Virus record (IMG/VR): IMGVR_UViG_3300014205_000172
Span: 173,172 to 237,171 of that record
DNA length: 64,000 bases
Reading direction: 5' to 3' (one strand)
From: a virus
Lineage: Duplodnaviria > Caudoviricetes
In this document: positions 46,188 through 56,491 of the stretch, one piece after another
Numbering within the stretch: the first letter of the stretch is position 1
How the letters are laid out: the number at the start of each line of letters is the position of its first letter
Program-made: the position numbers and the translations under genes
The notes under the pieces: model-generated
Databases searched by the model: none
What the model was told of the DNA's origin: nothing
What the model saw: the letters and a program-made list of their open reading frames with translations, nothing else

Positions 46188-46697
46188 ATGGAAAGCAAAT
46201 ACTTTTTGACACTCATTGGCGTTCACTCACCAGATGATGAGTTCCCTTTCCTGCGTCCTGATTTCAAATGGACAAAAGCACTGAGTGGTCTGTTAGAGTC
46301 AAGTTCGGCAATCGACATCGTCGGTAAAGGGGTCCCTACAGAAGAACCTAATGATGGCCCCGATATCGTCAATAGCCTGAAACTGACCTTTGACGAAGAC
46401 GTTCAAAAGAATGCAAACCTGTTTAAACTACTCATGCAGGTTGAGCGAGGGTTTAACATGTCTATTCTTTTGACGCCCTTGACCGGGGTCACCACGGGCG
46501 ATCCTGCATTGTTTTTAAAAGATGCCGTCATGGGCGAATATGTAACTGCAGACGTCGGTAAGCCCGAACAGGGTATTCTCGATATCTCGTTTGAAAGAGC
46601 GGATACCTCGTATACTGTTCAGCAGTTCGCTACTCATGTGGCGATCGCTAAGAACCGATCGCCTGCTGTAGCTGTCATCCACGGCCAGCCAGAGTAA
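46188..46697 (+). CDS. hypothetical protein, possible tail-tube-like fold
   Basis: LKLTFDED...LFLKDA...LDISF beta-strand pattern. Confidence 0.5.
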   Translation: MESKYFLTLIGVHSPDDEFPFLRPDFKWTKALSGLLESSSAIDIVGKGVPTEEPNDGPDIVNSLKLTFDEDVQKNANLFKLLMQVERGFNMSILLTPLTGVTTGDPALFLKDAVMGEYVTADVGKPEQGILDISFERADTSYTVQQFATHVAIAKNRSPAVAVIHGQPE

Positions 46698-46702
46698 TAA
46701 CG

Positions 46703-46737
46703 GCATAGACCCCGGTCCTTGCGACCGGGGTCTATGC
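46703..46737. terminator. bidirectional hairpin between convergent genes
   Basis: GCATAGACCCCGGTC-CTTGC-GACCGGGGTCTATGC. Confidence 0.8.
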
Positions 46738-46741
46738 TACA

Positions 46742-47296
46742 TCATGAAGGATCGAAGCCATCAAGATTGGTTTCTGAGGCCAGATCTGCAAGGGATGGCG
46801 CCGATCCAGAGGCGTTAAGAACCACCTGCGAGCCTGGATTATAATACGCCGATGTAGACACAGCTGTCAGAGTGATCTGACCTCCGGCTGTACCAATCGT
46901 TGTATTGACCACATCCTTTTGTTCCAATGCGATACCAAACTTGGTATTGATCGCCGATAGCGCTGCGTATACGTTTGCATACGTGCCTGTCAATGTCAGC
47001 TCTTTCCCTGTAAAAGCAGAAGCGAGATCGGTTCGGTTAAAGCGAAAGGTATACGTCCCCTTGTACCCTTTCCCATCAATAGCTGTCAATAAAACACTGC
47101 TATTAAATAACGTATCGCCTACGTTTACAGTTGGATCGGCGATCGTGATTTGCGCCGTAGTGATAGAAGTACCCTGCTCGCGATTAATAGCCGCAAGTAT
47201 CCCAGTAGAACCAGCTACCGCGAAAGGTGGCAAGTTTGCAATGGAGTACAATACGAACGCATCAAGCGAACGTAGAACGAATTGTGGGTTAGCCAT
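46742..47296 (-). CDS. virion structural protein (tail/fibre paralog, N-domain only)
   Basis: FNRTDL...INTKFGIAL...LDGF. Confidence 0.75.
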   Translation of the reverse strand: MANPQFVLRSLDAFVLYSIANLPPFAVAGSTGILAAINREQGTSITTAQITIADPTVNVGDTLFNSSVLLTAIDGKGYKGTYTFRFNRTDLASAFTGKELTLTGTYANVYAALSAINTKFGIALEQKDVVNTTIGTAGGQITLTAVSTSAYYNPGSQVVLNASGSAPSLADLASETNLDGFDPS

Positions 47297-47299
47297 GCG

Positions 47300-48397
47300 T
47301 TACACCTTCGGCTTAACTTTGATGGTGAGTCCGGCAACACCAGGCTGAGTCCATGCCAGACCTGCCGGCGTCTTCGTCAGCGAGAGCATACGGTCGTACC
47401 ATGTCTGAGCTGCCACCATTGCGGTGTCAGCGTCTGCAGACTCTGTACCGTTCACGGTGGCGCTGATGCCAAGATGTCCAGAGGTGGCCGCTGTAACGGC
47501 TGATCGCCCTTTAACCAACACGCCAAGGATCTTCGTATTCAGCGGAATCGTGCTGGCATCATAGGTAATCGACCCAGGAGTCATTGCCGCATCAGTTGTA
47601 GCAGTGGGGGCAGAAACCGGTGTGTTAGGGTTAGCGTATCCTTTCTTGAATACGGAGGATACATCGCCCGTGCTCGGTGTCCAAGTGGCAGCCACAACTG
47701 CCGCAACAGGAACCTTTGCTACGACCTGGTCTCCTAGAAATTGAGCAACCTCCCCAGCCTCCCACTCAATGCAGTGAAAATCACGCCACGAATAAGTGTG
47801 CGTCTGACTCTGTGTGATCGAATAGCTACCATTCGCCGCACCGAATACAAGGAATGTCCCCAAAGCTCCAGGCGTTGCGCCCACAGCAGTTGCCATCCAA
47901 GTCGGCATTGCAATGGGCGAAAGTGCAACACCGTCGATCCGTCGGTTGATCAGCCCGGTGGTGTAGTTCAAGTTAACTTCCAGAAAATATGACTTATTTG
48001 TCACAAAGTTAGGTAAGTTAGCTTTAGTGATTATGGCTACTAGGTTCCCCAGCTCATAGTCGGACGTTAGCGCTAAAACGTTGACTCCCGCAAAACCTGT
48101 ACCGAACTTCATCCGAATACCCATGTAGATATTCGAACTTGCTGATAACGTCTGCACCATGTCTTTAATATTGACGTTTAACTTAAATCGATAATTCCCG
48201 TAGTTATACGTCCCTGCAGCAATGCTCATCAACATCCAACCATCGGTCTGTAAAGACCAAGTGGTCGTTGTTTCAAAGTTGGATGAATAAAGCTGAAAAG
48301 GACCGTTGGGTATCCGCGTATTAAGCCCAGCAGTTTGACTGGCTCCGCTGGCGCTCCCAATAGGAAGTTCAAGCCCGTACAAAGCATGAATTTTCAT
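47300..48397 (-). CDS. putative tail fibre/receptor-binding protein, ConA-like beta-sandwich
   Basis: YFLEVNLNYTTGLINRRIDGV...WRDF...FLG; paralog of 49054 and 50061. Confidence 0.6.
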   Translation of the reverse strand: MKIHALYGLELPIGSASGASQTAGLNTRIPNGPFQLYSSNFETTTTWSLQTDGWMLMSIAAGTYNYGNYRFKLNVNIKDMVQTLSASSNIYMGIRMKFGTGFAGVNVLALTSDYELGNLVAIITKANLPNFVTNKSYFLEVNLNYTTGLINRRIDGVALSPIAMPTWMATAVGATPGALGTFLVFGAANGSYSITQSQTHTYSWRDFHCIEWEAGEVAQFLGDQVVAKVPVAAVVAATWTPSTGDVSSVFKKGYANPNTPVSAPTATTDAAMTPGSITYDASTIPLNTKILGVLVKGRSAVTAATSGHLGISATVNGTESADADTAMVAAQTWYDRMLSLTKTPAGLAWTQPGVAGLTIKVKPKV

Positions 48398-48409
48398 GAA
48401 GTGGGTCCC

Positions 48410-49042
48410 TTACGTCCAGAGGATCGTGTCAGATTTGAAGGCCGAGGCCAATGTTGGAGTGAAGCCAACCTGGGCAGTCCTGTTTGGGATAAAGAACCGA
48501 CTCGTGGAAGCGGCAGTGATAGTTACTTCGACAGCCCCAGCTGGGATCGGCGCGTCGACAATATCGTCAGTTGTAAGGACCATGCCACTTGCAGCGTTGA
48601 TTCCAGCAATCAGTCCGTGAGTCGACGTAGCTGAGCCGATGACTACAGTCGTCAAATCCGCTGGGATGCGGGTCAGTGCTACACGACTGTAATAGAAATA
48701 CATCGACCCAGACAATGCAGAACCCACACCAGCCGTAACTAGCACGCGGCTATTGTGCAAATAGGTCTCAGACCCAGTATAGTTTTCCGGCGCTGAAAAC
48801 GTAAATTGACTAGCTGGCCGGATGCTTTTGCTTTGCGCCAGCACCAGGTTCGCCAATGCCGTAATGCCAGTCACGCCTTTTGGAAGCGGGATATCCGATA
48901 CCAACGCGTAACCCTGAAGGTTTCTCAGAGCCAAACCATTTGGCTCTGGATAAAGCGCATATGCCGTAATGCCGCTCACCGCCGCCAAGTTGGGCTCCTT
49001 ATAGAGCCCATATGCCGTAATGCCAGAAATGGAAGCAGACAT
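48410..49042 (-). CDS. virion structural protein (tail/fibre paralog) with an N-terminal repeat
   Basis: SGITAY.LY.EPN twice; YYSRVAL...INAASGMVLTTDD. Confidence 0.75.
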   Translation of the reverse strand: MSASISGITAYGLYKEPNLAAVSGITAYALYPEPNGLALRNLQGYALVSDIPLPKGVTGITALANLVLAQSKSIRPASQFTFSAPENYTGSETYLHNSRVLVTAGVGSALSGSMYFYYSRVALTRIPADLTTVVIGSATSTHGLIAGINAASGMVLTTDDIVDAPIPAGAVEVTITAASTSRFFIPNRTAQVGFTPTLASAFKSDTILWT

Positions 49043-49053
49043 GCATTACCTCC

Positions 49054-50043
49054 TTAAATATCCGGTGTCAGTATGACGTCGGTCACATCAATTACAGCGT
49101 TCGTCCAAGGGTGCCCGCCTGGGGCGGTTGGAAATAAGCCGACTTGACCATTGTAATTGATAACGTTGTTGGCAGGTCCTGACACGACCGCCTCGGCCGA
49201 TTCATCGGTGCCGTTCTTAAGTTTCATACCGCAGTTTACAACGTTCGCGATAGTGGACGAAAGCGCTACAGTTAATTCAATTGCCGACGCTGTAACACCA
49301 GTGGGTAGGTCGGGACGTAACGATGCAACCAATGGAGTTTTGTTGACGTCTGAAATATCTTTAGTGCTGTCTAATAGATCGAGGCCATAAATTAAATCCA
49401 CCCCAGTCGTTGGCGACGTTGTCCAACCGGAAGCTGTCGCCGAATCAAATTGGATACGCTTGGCGATTTGAGCACCAAGGAATCCGGAAATACCGCCTTG
49501 GTCATCATTGATGTAAATATCCCGAAACGCTGAGTTGCTCGTGTTGCTCCCAGTTGTCATCTCAAGATATAGTATCCAGCGTCGGTCATTCGCCGATATC
49601 GCCACTGACGCCAAGGCTATTCCATTGTAGCGGCGGTCGACAATACCGGTGGCGATATCAATCGAGAATTCAAAATACCCAGTAGTCCCGGCTGGGATTG
49701 TGGTAAGACCGGTGACCGTACGCACCTCGGTGCTGGAAAGAATAGATGAGGTGACAGATGAGGTGAGAGATCCAATGACCAAACCAACTAGCGGCTTAGT
49801 TGTATTAGAAGCGACGTCAAACCGCACCCGGACGCCACACCAAATTTTCGCGACCGGCTCGGCCAAAAAGGGCACTAACGAGTACCCGATGCGCGATGTA
49901 GAAGTCCAAGATGTAGAACCAGCCCAACCGTCACTACTAATTTGCTGACCGCCATAAGCCAGCATTCCATGGTCTGCCAGCGGTGTCCAAGTACCGGATA
50001 ACTTCGGATAATGATCAAAGCCAATTACTGCTTTTACAGTCAT
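49054..50043 (-). CDS. putative tail fibre/receptor-binding protein, ConA-like beta-sandwich
   Basis: YFEFSIDIATGIVDRRYNG...FRDIYINDD...FLG. Confidence 0.6.
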   Translation of the reverse strand: MTVKAVIGFDHYPKLSGTWTPLADHGMLAYGGQQISSDGWAGSTSWTSTSRIGYSLVPFLAEPVAKIWCGVRVRFDVASNTTKPLVGLVIGSLTSSVTSSILSSTEVRTVTGLTTIPAGTTGYFEFSIDIATGIVDRRYNGIALASVAISANDRRWILYLEMTTGSNTSNSAFRDIYINDDQGGISGFLGAQIAKRIQFDSATASGWTTSPTTGVDLIYGLDLLDSTKDISDVNKTPLVASLRPDLPTGVTASAIELTVALSSTIANVVNCGMKLKNGTDESAEAVVSGPANNVINYNGQVGLFPTAPGGHPWTNAVIDVTDVILTPDI

Positions 50044-50060
50044 GATACAAACCCCATTAT

Positions 50061-51122
50061 TTAGATGACGGTATCTGGCGTTATTTTAAACGACAGCGTC
50101 GCGAGTTTAGGTACGTTCCAGCTGCTACCATCAAGAGCTCTTGAATAAACCCCTAGCGATAACCCGTATTTTAAACCGCCGGCTGGTGCGGATACTTGCA
50201 TTGCCGGTAAGTTAACGCCGCTACCGCTTATCTCTACTTTTGTAGGACTTGGTGAAATTGTGGCACTTGCTCCCGCCATGCTAAAAGCCATACCTAAAAT
50301 ACGTGCTCCAACGACAGCAGTTGGACTTAGTGTAATAGCCAGTGGGGTTTTATCGGTCGGTGAGTTGACCGTGATGGTGCTAGGTGGTGTCAAGTTCATG
50401 ACATCCACTAATGACGCAGATCCAGAACTAGGTACCCAACCGACACCTGTAGCGCTGGATACTGTAGTTGGATAAATACGGGCCTGTCCAATAGAACCAG
50501 TGATGCCATCGCCCGCAATGTCATCAATTACGTGCACATCTCGGATAGCAAAACGTGTAGTACCGCTGGACCCAATCCCACTGAGCACAAAGTTCAATAC
50601 CAGCTTACCCGCATCCCAGGCTGTAGCGCCAGCTGTCGACAAGGTAAACGTGCGAGTAGCAGCCTGAGCAACACCATTGACTATATAACTGGTAAGGCCT
50701 GTCGCACGGGTATATGTGACTTCAACAAACAGTTCAGTACCTACTGCCTGAGTTGCCAGCCAAGGGGCGGCTGTAGTGAACAGATAATCGGCACCAGCAT
50801 TCGGCGACCCTTCTTGCGCAAGACTCAGTACCTGATAGTTGCCGCCAATAACCGACAGTACTTTTAACTTGAAGCAAATGGTGATCCGCGCGGCTGCAGC
50901 AGGGACAAACCCATTAAGAAAGATGGGTACGTTGCTGATCACGTTTGCCGTTGTGGCCATGCCAGAAATCCAACCATTCTGGTCGATGCAGGCACGAGTT
51001 GGGTTTTGACCAAGTCCCGCGCCTGGAATGCCAGAACTCGTCCACCAGTCTGCAAAGGTTGCATTCACCGCTGGGTTCGTTACCTTTAATGCGTTATCAG
51101 TACCGAAGATTGCACGAAGCAT
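50061..51122 (-). CDS. putative tail fibre/receptor-binding protein, ConA-like beta-sandwich
   Basis: FVEVTYTRATGLTSYIVNG...IRDVHVIDD...SIG. Confidence 0.6.
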   Translation of the reverse strand: MLRAIFGTDNALKVTNPAVNATFADWWTSSGIPGAGLGQNPTRACIDQNGWISGMATTANVISNVPIFLNGFVPAAAARITICFKLKVLSVIGGNYQVLSLAQEGSPNAGADYLFTTAAPWLATQAVGTELFVEVTYTRATGLTSYIVNGVAQAATRTFTLSTAGATAWDAGKLVLNFVLSGIGSSGTTRFAIRDVHVIDDIAGDGITGSIGQARIYPTTVSSATGVGWVPSSGSASLVDVMNLTPPSTITVNSPTDKTPLAITLSPTAVVGARILGMAFSMAGASATISPSPTKVEISGSGVNLPAMQVSAPAGGLKYGLSLGVYSRALDGSSWNVPKLATLSFKITPDTVI

Positions 51123-51127
51123 GTTCG

Positions 51128-51538
51128 TTACTCCCCTGCGGCAACTGGTGTCGGTGCCGGTTCGTCCAGTGGTGGTTCCTCAGTGCTCGCTACAGGTGCT
51201 TTAGCGGCAGGTTCGTACCAGCACATGTAAATGGTCCCAACTGGCGCTGTGGAAGCAGCTGGGAACTTCAGACCGAGGGCGTATTTGAAGAAGCTGAAGG
51301 TGGGTAGCGAGTTCTTATTCAGACCGTTGAACACCACTTCCACACCATTGAGAGAGTACTCTGTTCCGTACTCTTCCATGTTCCATTTGTCTTTGTCCGC
51401 CCGATCGGCGCCTTCTGACAGTAATGCGGCGATGAGCCGTTGATCGCTCTCATTGAGCAACCCAAGCGGAACGGCAGACAGCTGATTCCCGCGCGCTGTG
51501 AAATCTTGACGGATCAGGTAATTAGGCCAATTCGACAT
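51128..51538 (-). CDS. virion structural protein (C-domain only)
   Basis: LNGVEVVFNGLN..LPT..FKYAL...GTIY aligns with the C-terminus of 53030..53908. Confidence 0.7.
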   Translation of the reverse strand: MSNWPNYLIRQDFTARGNQLSAVPLGLLNESDQRLIAALLSEGADRADKDKWNMEEYGTEYSLNGVEVVFNGLNKNSLPTFSFFKYALGLKFPAASTAPVGTIYMCWYEPAAKAPVASTEEPPLDEPAPTPVAAGE

Positions 51539-51556
51539 GTTGAAAACCCTCTGGCA

Positions 51557-52051
51557 TTAGAAGCCAATTAACTGATTAGTGTTGAACGCTGTAGAGATGT
51601 CCGGAGCAGCTGGGAACTTCAGACTGGCAGTGCCAATCCAACCTAAGCTAGTCGGAGTAGCTTCAAGCACCGCTACCACTTTTCCGTTCACGGTGGTAGA
51701 CGCGTGCTCAACTAAGCTTGCAGCCGTAATAGGTACGTTAATGTACCCTATTACTAGAGGGAGCCATTGGGCGACTGTCAAGTTCTCTGAAATGCTGCAA
51801 CTGGTCAGATCAAAGTTCTCCAACCCACTAAGCTCCAAACGGTCGTAAAAGACTGTCGTGAAACCAATCGCGATCGTTGAAGAGTCAGCCACTTTAAAGT
51901 CAACCGCGGTATTTTTACCGTACGTGGTTAACTCAGCGCTGGTTGGCGTTCTTGGTTTAGCAAACGTCAGCTCTGTGGAAGAAAAAGAAACCCCGCCGGC
52001 AACGTTCACCATAGCCGTCAGGTCTACCGCGCTTGTTACGAAAATGCTCAT
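51557..52051 (-). CDS. virion structural protein (N-domain only)
   Basis: KNT...YDRLEL...SLGWIG...LIGF; start reassigned to MSIFV. Confidence 0.7.
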   Translation of the reverse strand: MSIFVTSAVDLTAMVNVAGGVSFSSTELTFAKPRTPTSAELTTYGKNTAVDFKVADSSTIAIGFTTVFYDRLELSGLENFDLTSCSISENLTVAQWLPLVIGYINVPITAASLVEHASTTVNGKVVAVLEATPTSLGWIGTASLKFPAAPDISTAFNTNQLIGF

Positions 52052-52059
52052 AACCGACC

Positions 52060-52980
52060 CTACACGTTGTAGTGGATGATGATATTGCCGGCAAACCAAG
52101 CGGTCGTATAACTTGGAATAACAATACAGCGGTTATACTTAGCCGAGTTGGCATCTGGTACTGCGATATTCGGCAATGAGTAGCGGAACCAGTTCATGCC
52201 TGCAATGCCACCAACTACCGAACCTGCAACGTTTTTATTCCAATCGGTTCTGACCGTATTTGCCAGCAAGAAGTTTACAACGGCGGTAAGTTGCGTGTCC
52301 GTATAACTGCTGCTTGCATTGACGATGGTTTCAAGCACCGCCGAGATCGCCGAAGCATCCTGACAGTAAGTCATGAACTCACCTTGAGGTTTTCGACCCT
52401 CTGTAGTGAAGTCATTACCGCCTGGATAGAGCCTACCGACTAACGCCCTGTTCGCATCGGTAATGATGTCACCGATTAGACGTTTACCTTTAGTCCAATT
52501 CAGTGTAAAATTACCTTTATAGCACAGCGACGTAGCTTTGATCCCGATTACGGTATTGCCTGAGGCCAACATGCCGGAGACCGGCGTGTCGCTAAAATCG
52601 GTATCGGGAATCGCAATACCGTATTTTGTTCTGAAGCTGTTTCGCCAAACTGCATCAACCAGGCCGGTCGTTGATGAATAATCATCAAGTTTAACAACCA
52701 TGCTTTTGAACATGGCGGCCATGTTAATACGGCGGTATCGAACAGTTTGGTTACCGATCTTACCAGCGCCAGCTGCTGAAAAGATCGTCACAGAGGTATC
52801 TGTTTTATACACATCCTCTTCCACAACGGTTACTGTCGACGGCGCGCTGAACTGAAGTGTGCCTTTTGGGAACTGCTGCGTGAACCCAGGATTGCTGTAT
52901 TCGATCAGCGCATAGAGCAGATCAGTGCTCGATGATTTGTAATCTGTTGGTACCGGCAGACCTATGTTAGACATGCCCAT
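52060..52980 (-). CDS. virion structural/tail fibre-associated protein
   Basis: YRRIN...SLCYKG...RLYPGGNDFTT...ANSAKYNR...HYNV; close paralog of 53920. Confidence 0.75.
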   Translation of the reverse strand: MGMSNIGLPVPTDYKSSSTDLLYALIEYSNPGFTQQFPKGTLQFSAPSTVTVVEEDVYKTDTSVTIFSAAGAGKIGNQTVRYRRINMAAMFKSMVVKLDDYSSTTGLVDAVWRNSFRTKYGIAIPDTDFSDTPVSGMLASGNTVIGIKATSLCYKGNFTLNWTKGKRLIGDIITDANRALVGRLYPGGNDFTTEGRKPQGEFMTYCQDASAISAVLETIVNASSSYTDTQLTAVVNFLLANTVRTDWNKNVAGSVVGGIAGMNWFRYSLPNIAVPDANSAKYNRCIVIPSYTTAWFAGNIIIHYNV

Positions 52981-53029
52981 CTCCTGAAGTAATCGACGAG
53001 CGCCGCATTGGCGCTCGTCTATGCCCTAA

Positions 53030-53908
53030 TTATACCGCGTCAGGATTGAACGGGTCGTTATAGTGCAGGTACAACAGACCAGCTGGCGTTGTGACGGTAG
53101 CGTCAAGCTGCAACACGAGCACGTACTTGTACGCTGGGTTAGTTGGCAACGACGTCGAGTTCAGACCGTTGCTGACAACTGTTGCGCCAAACACGTTCCA
53201 GGTGGCGACGCCGGAGGTATTGACCCACAAAGTTTTACCCGAACCCAGGTCGACCGCATTGAACGCCGAAACGAAGGCATCCGCTTTCTCCGTTGCAAGC
53301 ACACCGGTGGTGAGGGTTGCGATATCGGAGAAGTATGGAGTAAAGTCGTAAGGGTACATGTACAGAGGACCGTATACATCGGTATCGCTAGCAGTTGGAT
53401 AGTTCAGACCGTTCAACGAAGTAACCGTGATTACCTGATCGATAGCCGCACCGCCAACTTTGACGCTCAGTGTGGATTGGCCAATCCAACCCAAACTGCC
53501 CGCCTTAGCTTTCAATGTAGCGGTCAGAGTTTGATCGCCATTGTCTACCAGAGCGAGATCTTCCAGATCGTCATCACCAAACATAATGCCTGTCCAGTTA
53601 AGCAACGCCGGATACAGGCCATGAACCGATGTAACGTCATATGCGGAGCATTGCAATCCCGGAATATTTACCGGTGTGAGCGCCGCCAAATCCAATCGGT
53701 CATACGTCAGAGTCTGGACGCCTTGATATAAACTACCAGGAGCCGCAGTGAGCTTAATCGCAGTGTTGTGTGTGGTTACCTGACCATGCCAAGTACCAGA
53801 CACTGGCTGAGGAGTGCCGTAAAGAAAATCACTCGCTACGTAAGTTGTTGAGTTTGCTGCGTTCAAAGCCGCCAGGAATTCACTGAGCGGCTGATTCATA
53901 TACGACAT
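53030..53908 (-). CDS. virion structural/tail fibre-associated protein
   Basis: HNT...YDRLDL...SLGWIG...LNGLNYP...LYLHYN. Confidence 0.75.
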   Translation of the reverse strand: MSYMNQPLSEFLAALNAANSTTYVASDFLYGTPQPVSGTWHGQVTTHNTAIKLTAAPGSLYQGVQTLTYDRLDLAALTPVNIPGLQCSAYDVTSVHGLYPALLNWTGIMFGDDDLEDLALVDNGDQTLTATLKAKAGSLGWIGQSTLSVKVGGAAIDQVITVTSLNGLNYPTASDTDVYGPLYMYPYDFTPYFSDIATLTTGVLATEKADAFVSAFNAVDLGSGKTLWVNTSGVATWNVFGATVVSNGLNSTSLPTNPAYKYVLVLQLDATVTTPAGLLYLHYNDPFNPDAV

Positions 53909-53919
53909 TGGGTCTACCC

Positions 53920-54840
53920 TCAGACGTTAAAGTGAATATAGTTGCGGCCATTACCGTACGTAGCCACCAAAGCCTCTGGAGTATCCCAGGTCAACAAGCG
54001 GTTGTAGTACTTAGAGTTAGCCTCTGGGTACTTAGCCGATGGCAACACGACAACTTCCGCCCCGGTGAACATTGCGGAGGTCCAGGAAGCTTGTGTCGGG
54101 AACGAGGTTCCAAATGCAGTATTGCATTGGTTAAACACAGCATTCAGGAACGCCGTGGTAGCAGTACCTTGGATCATGACAGCTGGATAGCTCGTATACG
54201 GAGTGGTGCTCAGCAATGCAGTCCAGTCAGTCGAGTACATCAAGTTGTTCATGACAGGGCGACGGCCAGCGGTGGTGAAGTCATTGCCACCTGGGAACAG
54301 GCGCGCGTTGAGATCAGTCACGGTGATCATGGAGGCCAGATCCTGAGGCGCACTTTTCCATTTCAACTGAATCGTGCCGATGTATCCAAGGCTGGTGACC
54401 TTGGCGGTCACACTGACGGTGGTCGTGTAGAATCCATCTTCTTGGGTATTACCCCGCAAAATATTGACGTCAGTCACATCAGCTTCTGTCAGGTTCAGGC
54501 CGTACTGAGCATTGATCACCGGCAATAGCTGATACAATGAAAAAACGATACTGAACGAGTTACTCTGGGTCGGAGAGTACCGATTGATCTGGAGTACCTG
54601 CCCACGGAACAGTACTGCCAGATCAAGCCGGCGGTAGTTCAGCATCTTACGCCCAATGTAGTCCCCACCGATCGAAACGCAGTTGATCGACGTATTCATT
54701 GCGGCATTGCCGGAGACCGTCGCTGCCTTTACATCAGACAGCGCCATATTCAACGGCGTCAGTGGAACAGGCAGCAGCGGGTTGGCCTGATTGATGAGGT
54801 CATAAACCAGCTCGCTCGATGGCTTGTTATATAAAGGCAT
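53920..54840 (-). CDS. virion structural/tail fibre-associated protein
   Basis: YRRLDL...INAQYGLNLT...RLFPGGNDFTT...HFNV. Confidence 0.75.
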   Translation of the reverse strand: MPLYNKPSSELVYDLINQANPLLPVPLTPLNMALSDVKAATVSGNAAMNTSINCVSIGGDYIGRKMLNYRRLDLAVLFRGQVLQINRYSPTQSNSFSIVFSLYQLLPVINAQYGLNLTEADVTDVNILRGNTQEDGFYTTTVSVTAKVTSLGYIGTIQLKWKSAPQDLASMITVTDLNARLFPGGNDFTTAGRRPVMNNLMYSTDWTALLSTTPYTSYPAVMIQGTATTAFLNAVFNQCNTAFGTSFPTQASWTSAMFTGAEVVVLPSAKYPEANSKYYNRLLTWDTPEALVATYGNGRNYIHFNV

Positions 54841-54845
54841 CTTGA

Positions 54846-55643
54846 TTAAACCTCGTCAAGCAAATTGTAGTGAAAATACAGAGGCCCAAAGATGTAGGCG
54901 CTGTTAACTGCTGGCTGAATAGTGACCCGATCAAACGCTGGGTTGCTATCAGGGACGTCAGCAGTAGCAGAATCGATCAGTTGCCCTTTGGTCCATGCTG
55001 GGATCTGCAAATAAATGCAAGCCGATTGAAAAGTTGCCCAATCGGTATACGACCGCGTCAGCGGATTGATTTTTAACGAATCGCGAAGACTGGTAAAGTC
55101 AATACCCCAAGTTACCATCCGCCCCGACTGCTTATTAAACGCAGGATCGTTAGGGTGGTTAAACAACTTGAGTAGGCGAATGCCGATCACTGACTCAAGT
55201 AGGGTTCTGCCGTACATGAGCTGAATCTGAACCTGACCCACAAACCCAAAGCTCTCAGCCTTAGGGATGAGTGTCAACAATGCCGTTTCGTTCAGGGTCG
55301 GAGCTGGCGGTGTGAACGGTTCAAGATCATCAAGCGTGATAAACAGACCCAGCTGAGTGTTCACCATGTCGATCACCATTTGTGTGGTGAATGGCACGAT
55401 GTTTCTTAACTGCAGACCGGCTAATGCGTCAGTGAGGCTGATCCGCTTATACAGAAGTGTCTGACTACCTGTATAGACACGCCCAGGCACGCCCTCGATG
55501 GTAACCTGAGTGTTGTGCTTTTCATTTCCTTCAAGGACCTGAGGGACCTGAGGGGTAATGTTGATTAGGGTGAGTGGGCGTTTTGGAGAGTTCTTCTCGT
55601 TGGCCTCATTAAGAAGCCTTGTAATACTGTTGTCCATCAGCAA
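54846..55643 (-). CDS. virion structural/tail fibre-associated protein
   Basis: HNT...YKRISL...LYFHYN. Confidence 0.75.
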   Translation of the reverse strand: MLMDNSITRLLNEANEKNSPKRPLTLINITPQVPQVLEGNEKHNTQVTIEGVPGRVYTGSQTLLYKRISLTDALAGLQLRNIVPFTTQMVIDMVNTQLGLFITLDDLEPFTPPAPTLNETALLTLIPKAESFGFVGQVQIQLMYGRTLLESVIGIRLLKLFNHPNDPAFNKQSGRMVTWGIDFTSLRDSLKINPLTRSYTDWATFQSACIYLQIPAWTKGQLIDSATADVPDSNPAFDRVTIQPAVNSAYIFGPLYFHYNLLDEV

Positions 55644-55649
55644 GGCTCC

Positions 55650-56480
55650 TTAATCAACAGCAGGCGGGTTATAGTGCAGGTACAGCGACCCACTCAAGCC
55701 TACCGAGTTAGTTTCATTGAGCTGCACAATGATCACTTTCCCGTAATCGGTGTTGACGTCAGTGCGGCCAGTGGTGACCCCTGCGTAAGTAACGGTTGCC
55801 CCCATTACGCTATAGCGCCCGGCAGCGGTCGACGACCAGACGTTTTTAGTGACTGCTGTCAGCACATCACGTACCACGTCGATCTGATCAGTGCCGACCA
55901 ACACAGTTTCCAACGCTACGTCAGAGGCGGAGAAATTCTGCCAGTATGAGTAGGCGGCCGCGTACGGTTTGTCAATCGAAGGCGCTGGGTAGTTCAAGCC
56001 AGGCAGCGACGTTACCGTTAGGAACGCCTCCAGTGGCCGCTGACCTTGCGCAACAGTGATATCCACACTACCAATCCAATAACGACTGGTCGCCTTTGCT
56101 GTAAGCGTTACAGCACCAACGCCGTCAACTAAGCCGGTTGGACCGTCGGTGAAATCATCGGCTGTAAAGTTCAAGCCGTACAGCTTATTCAGACGATTGG
56201 CTACGTCCATGATCGTGGTGAGATTGTAGCCTTTGATGGACGTATCGATCAACGTACCCAAGTCGGCCAGATCAAGACGCTTATACAGGATCGGCACAGA
56301 ACCATCGTAGGTACTTTGGACATCCTTGGCGGTGATCGTCATGCTGGTGTTTTCACCAGACGTACCAGTCGGAATAACTACAGGATCACCGTACAAGTAT
56401 TCTGCTTCAACCAGGGTCACATTGTTTTGTGTCTTGATTGCCTTGAGTATTGCCTCAAGTGGCATTTCGTACAAAGCCAT
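55650..56480 (-). CDS. virion structural/tail fibre-associated protein
   Basis: YKRLDL...LNKLYGLNFT...LPGLNYP...LYLHYN. Confidence 0.75.
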   Translation of the reverse strand: MALYEMPLEAILKAIKTQNNVTLVEAEYLYGDPVVIPTGTSGENTSMTITAKDVQSTYDGSVPILYKRLDLADLGTLIDTSIKGYNLTTIMDVANRLNKLYGLNFTADDFTDGPTGLVDGVGAVTLTAKATSRYWIGSVDITVAQGQRPLEAFLTVTSLPGLNYPAPSIDKPYAAAYSYWQNFSASDVALETVLVGTDQIDVVRDVLTAVTKNVWSSTAAGRYSVMGATVTYAGVTTGRTDVNTDYGKVIIVQLNETNSVGLSGSLYLHYNPPAVD

Positions 56481-56491
56481 AAATGAAGCCT

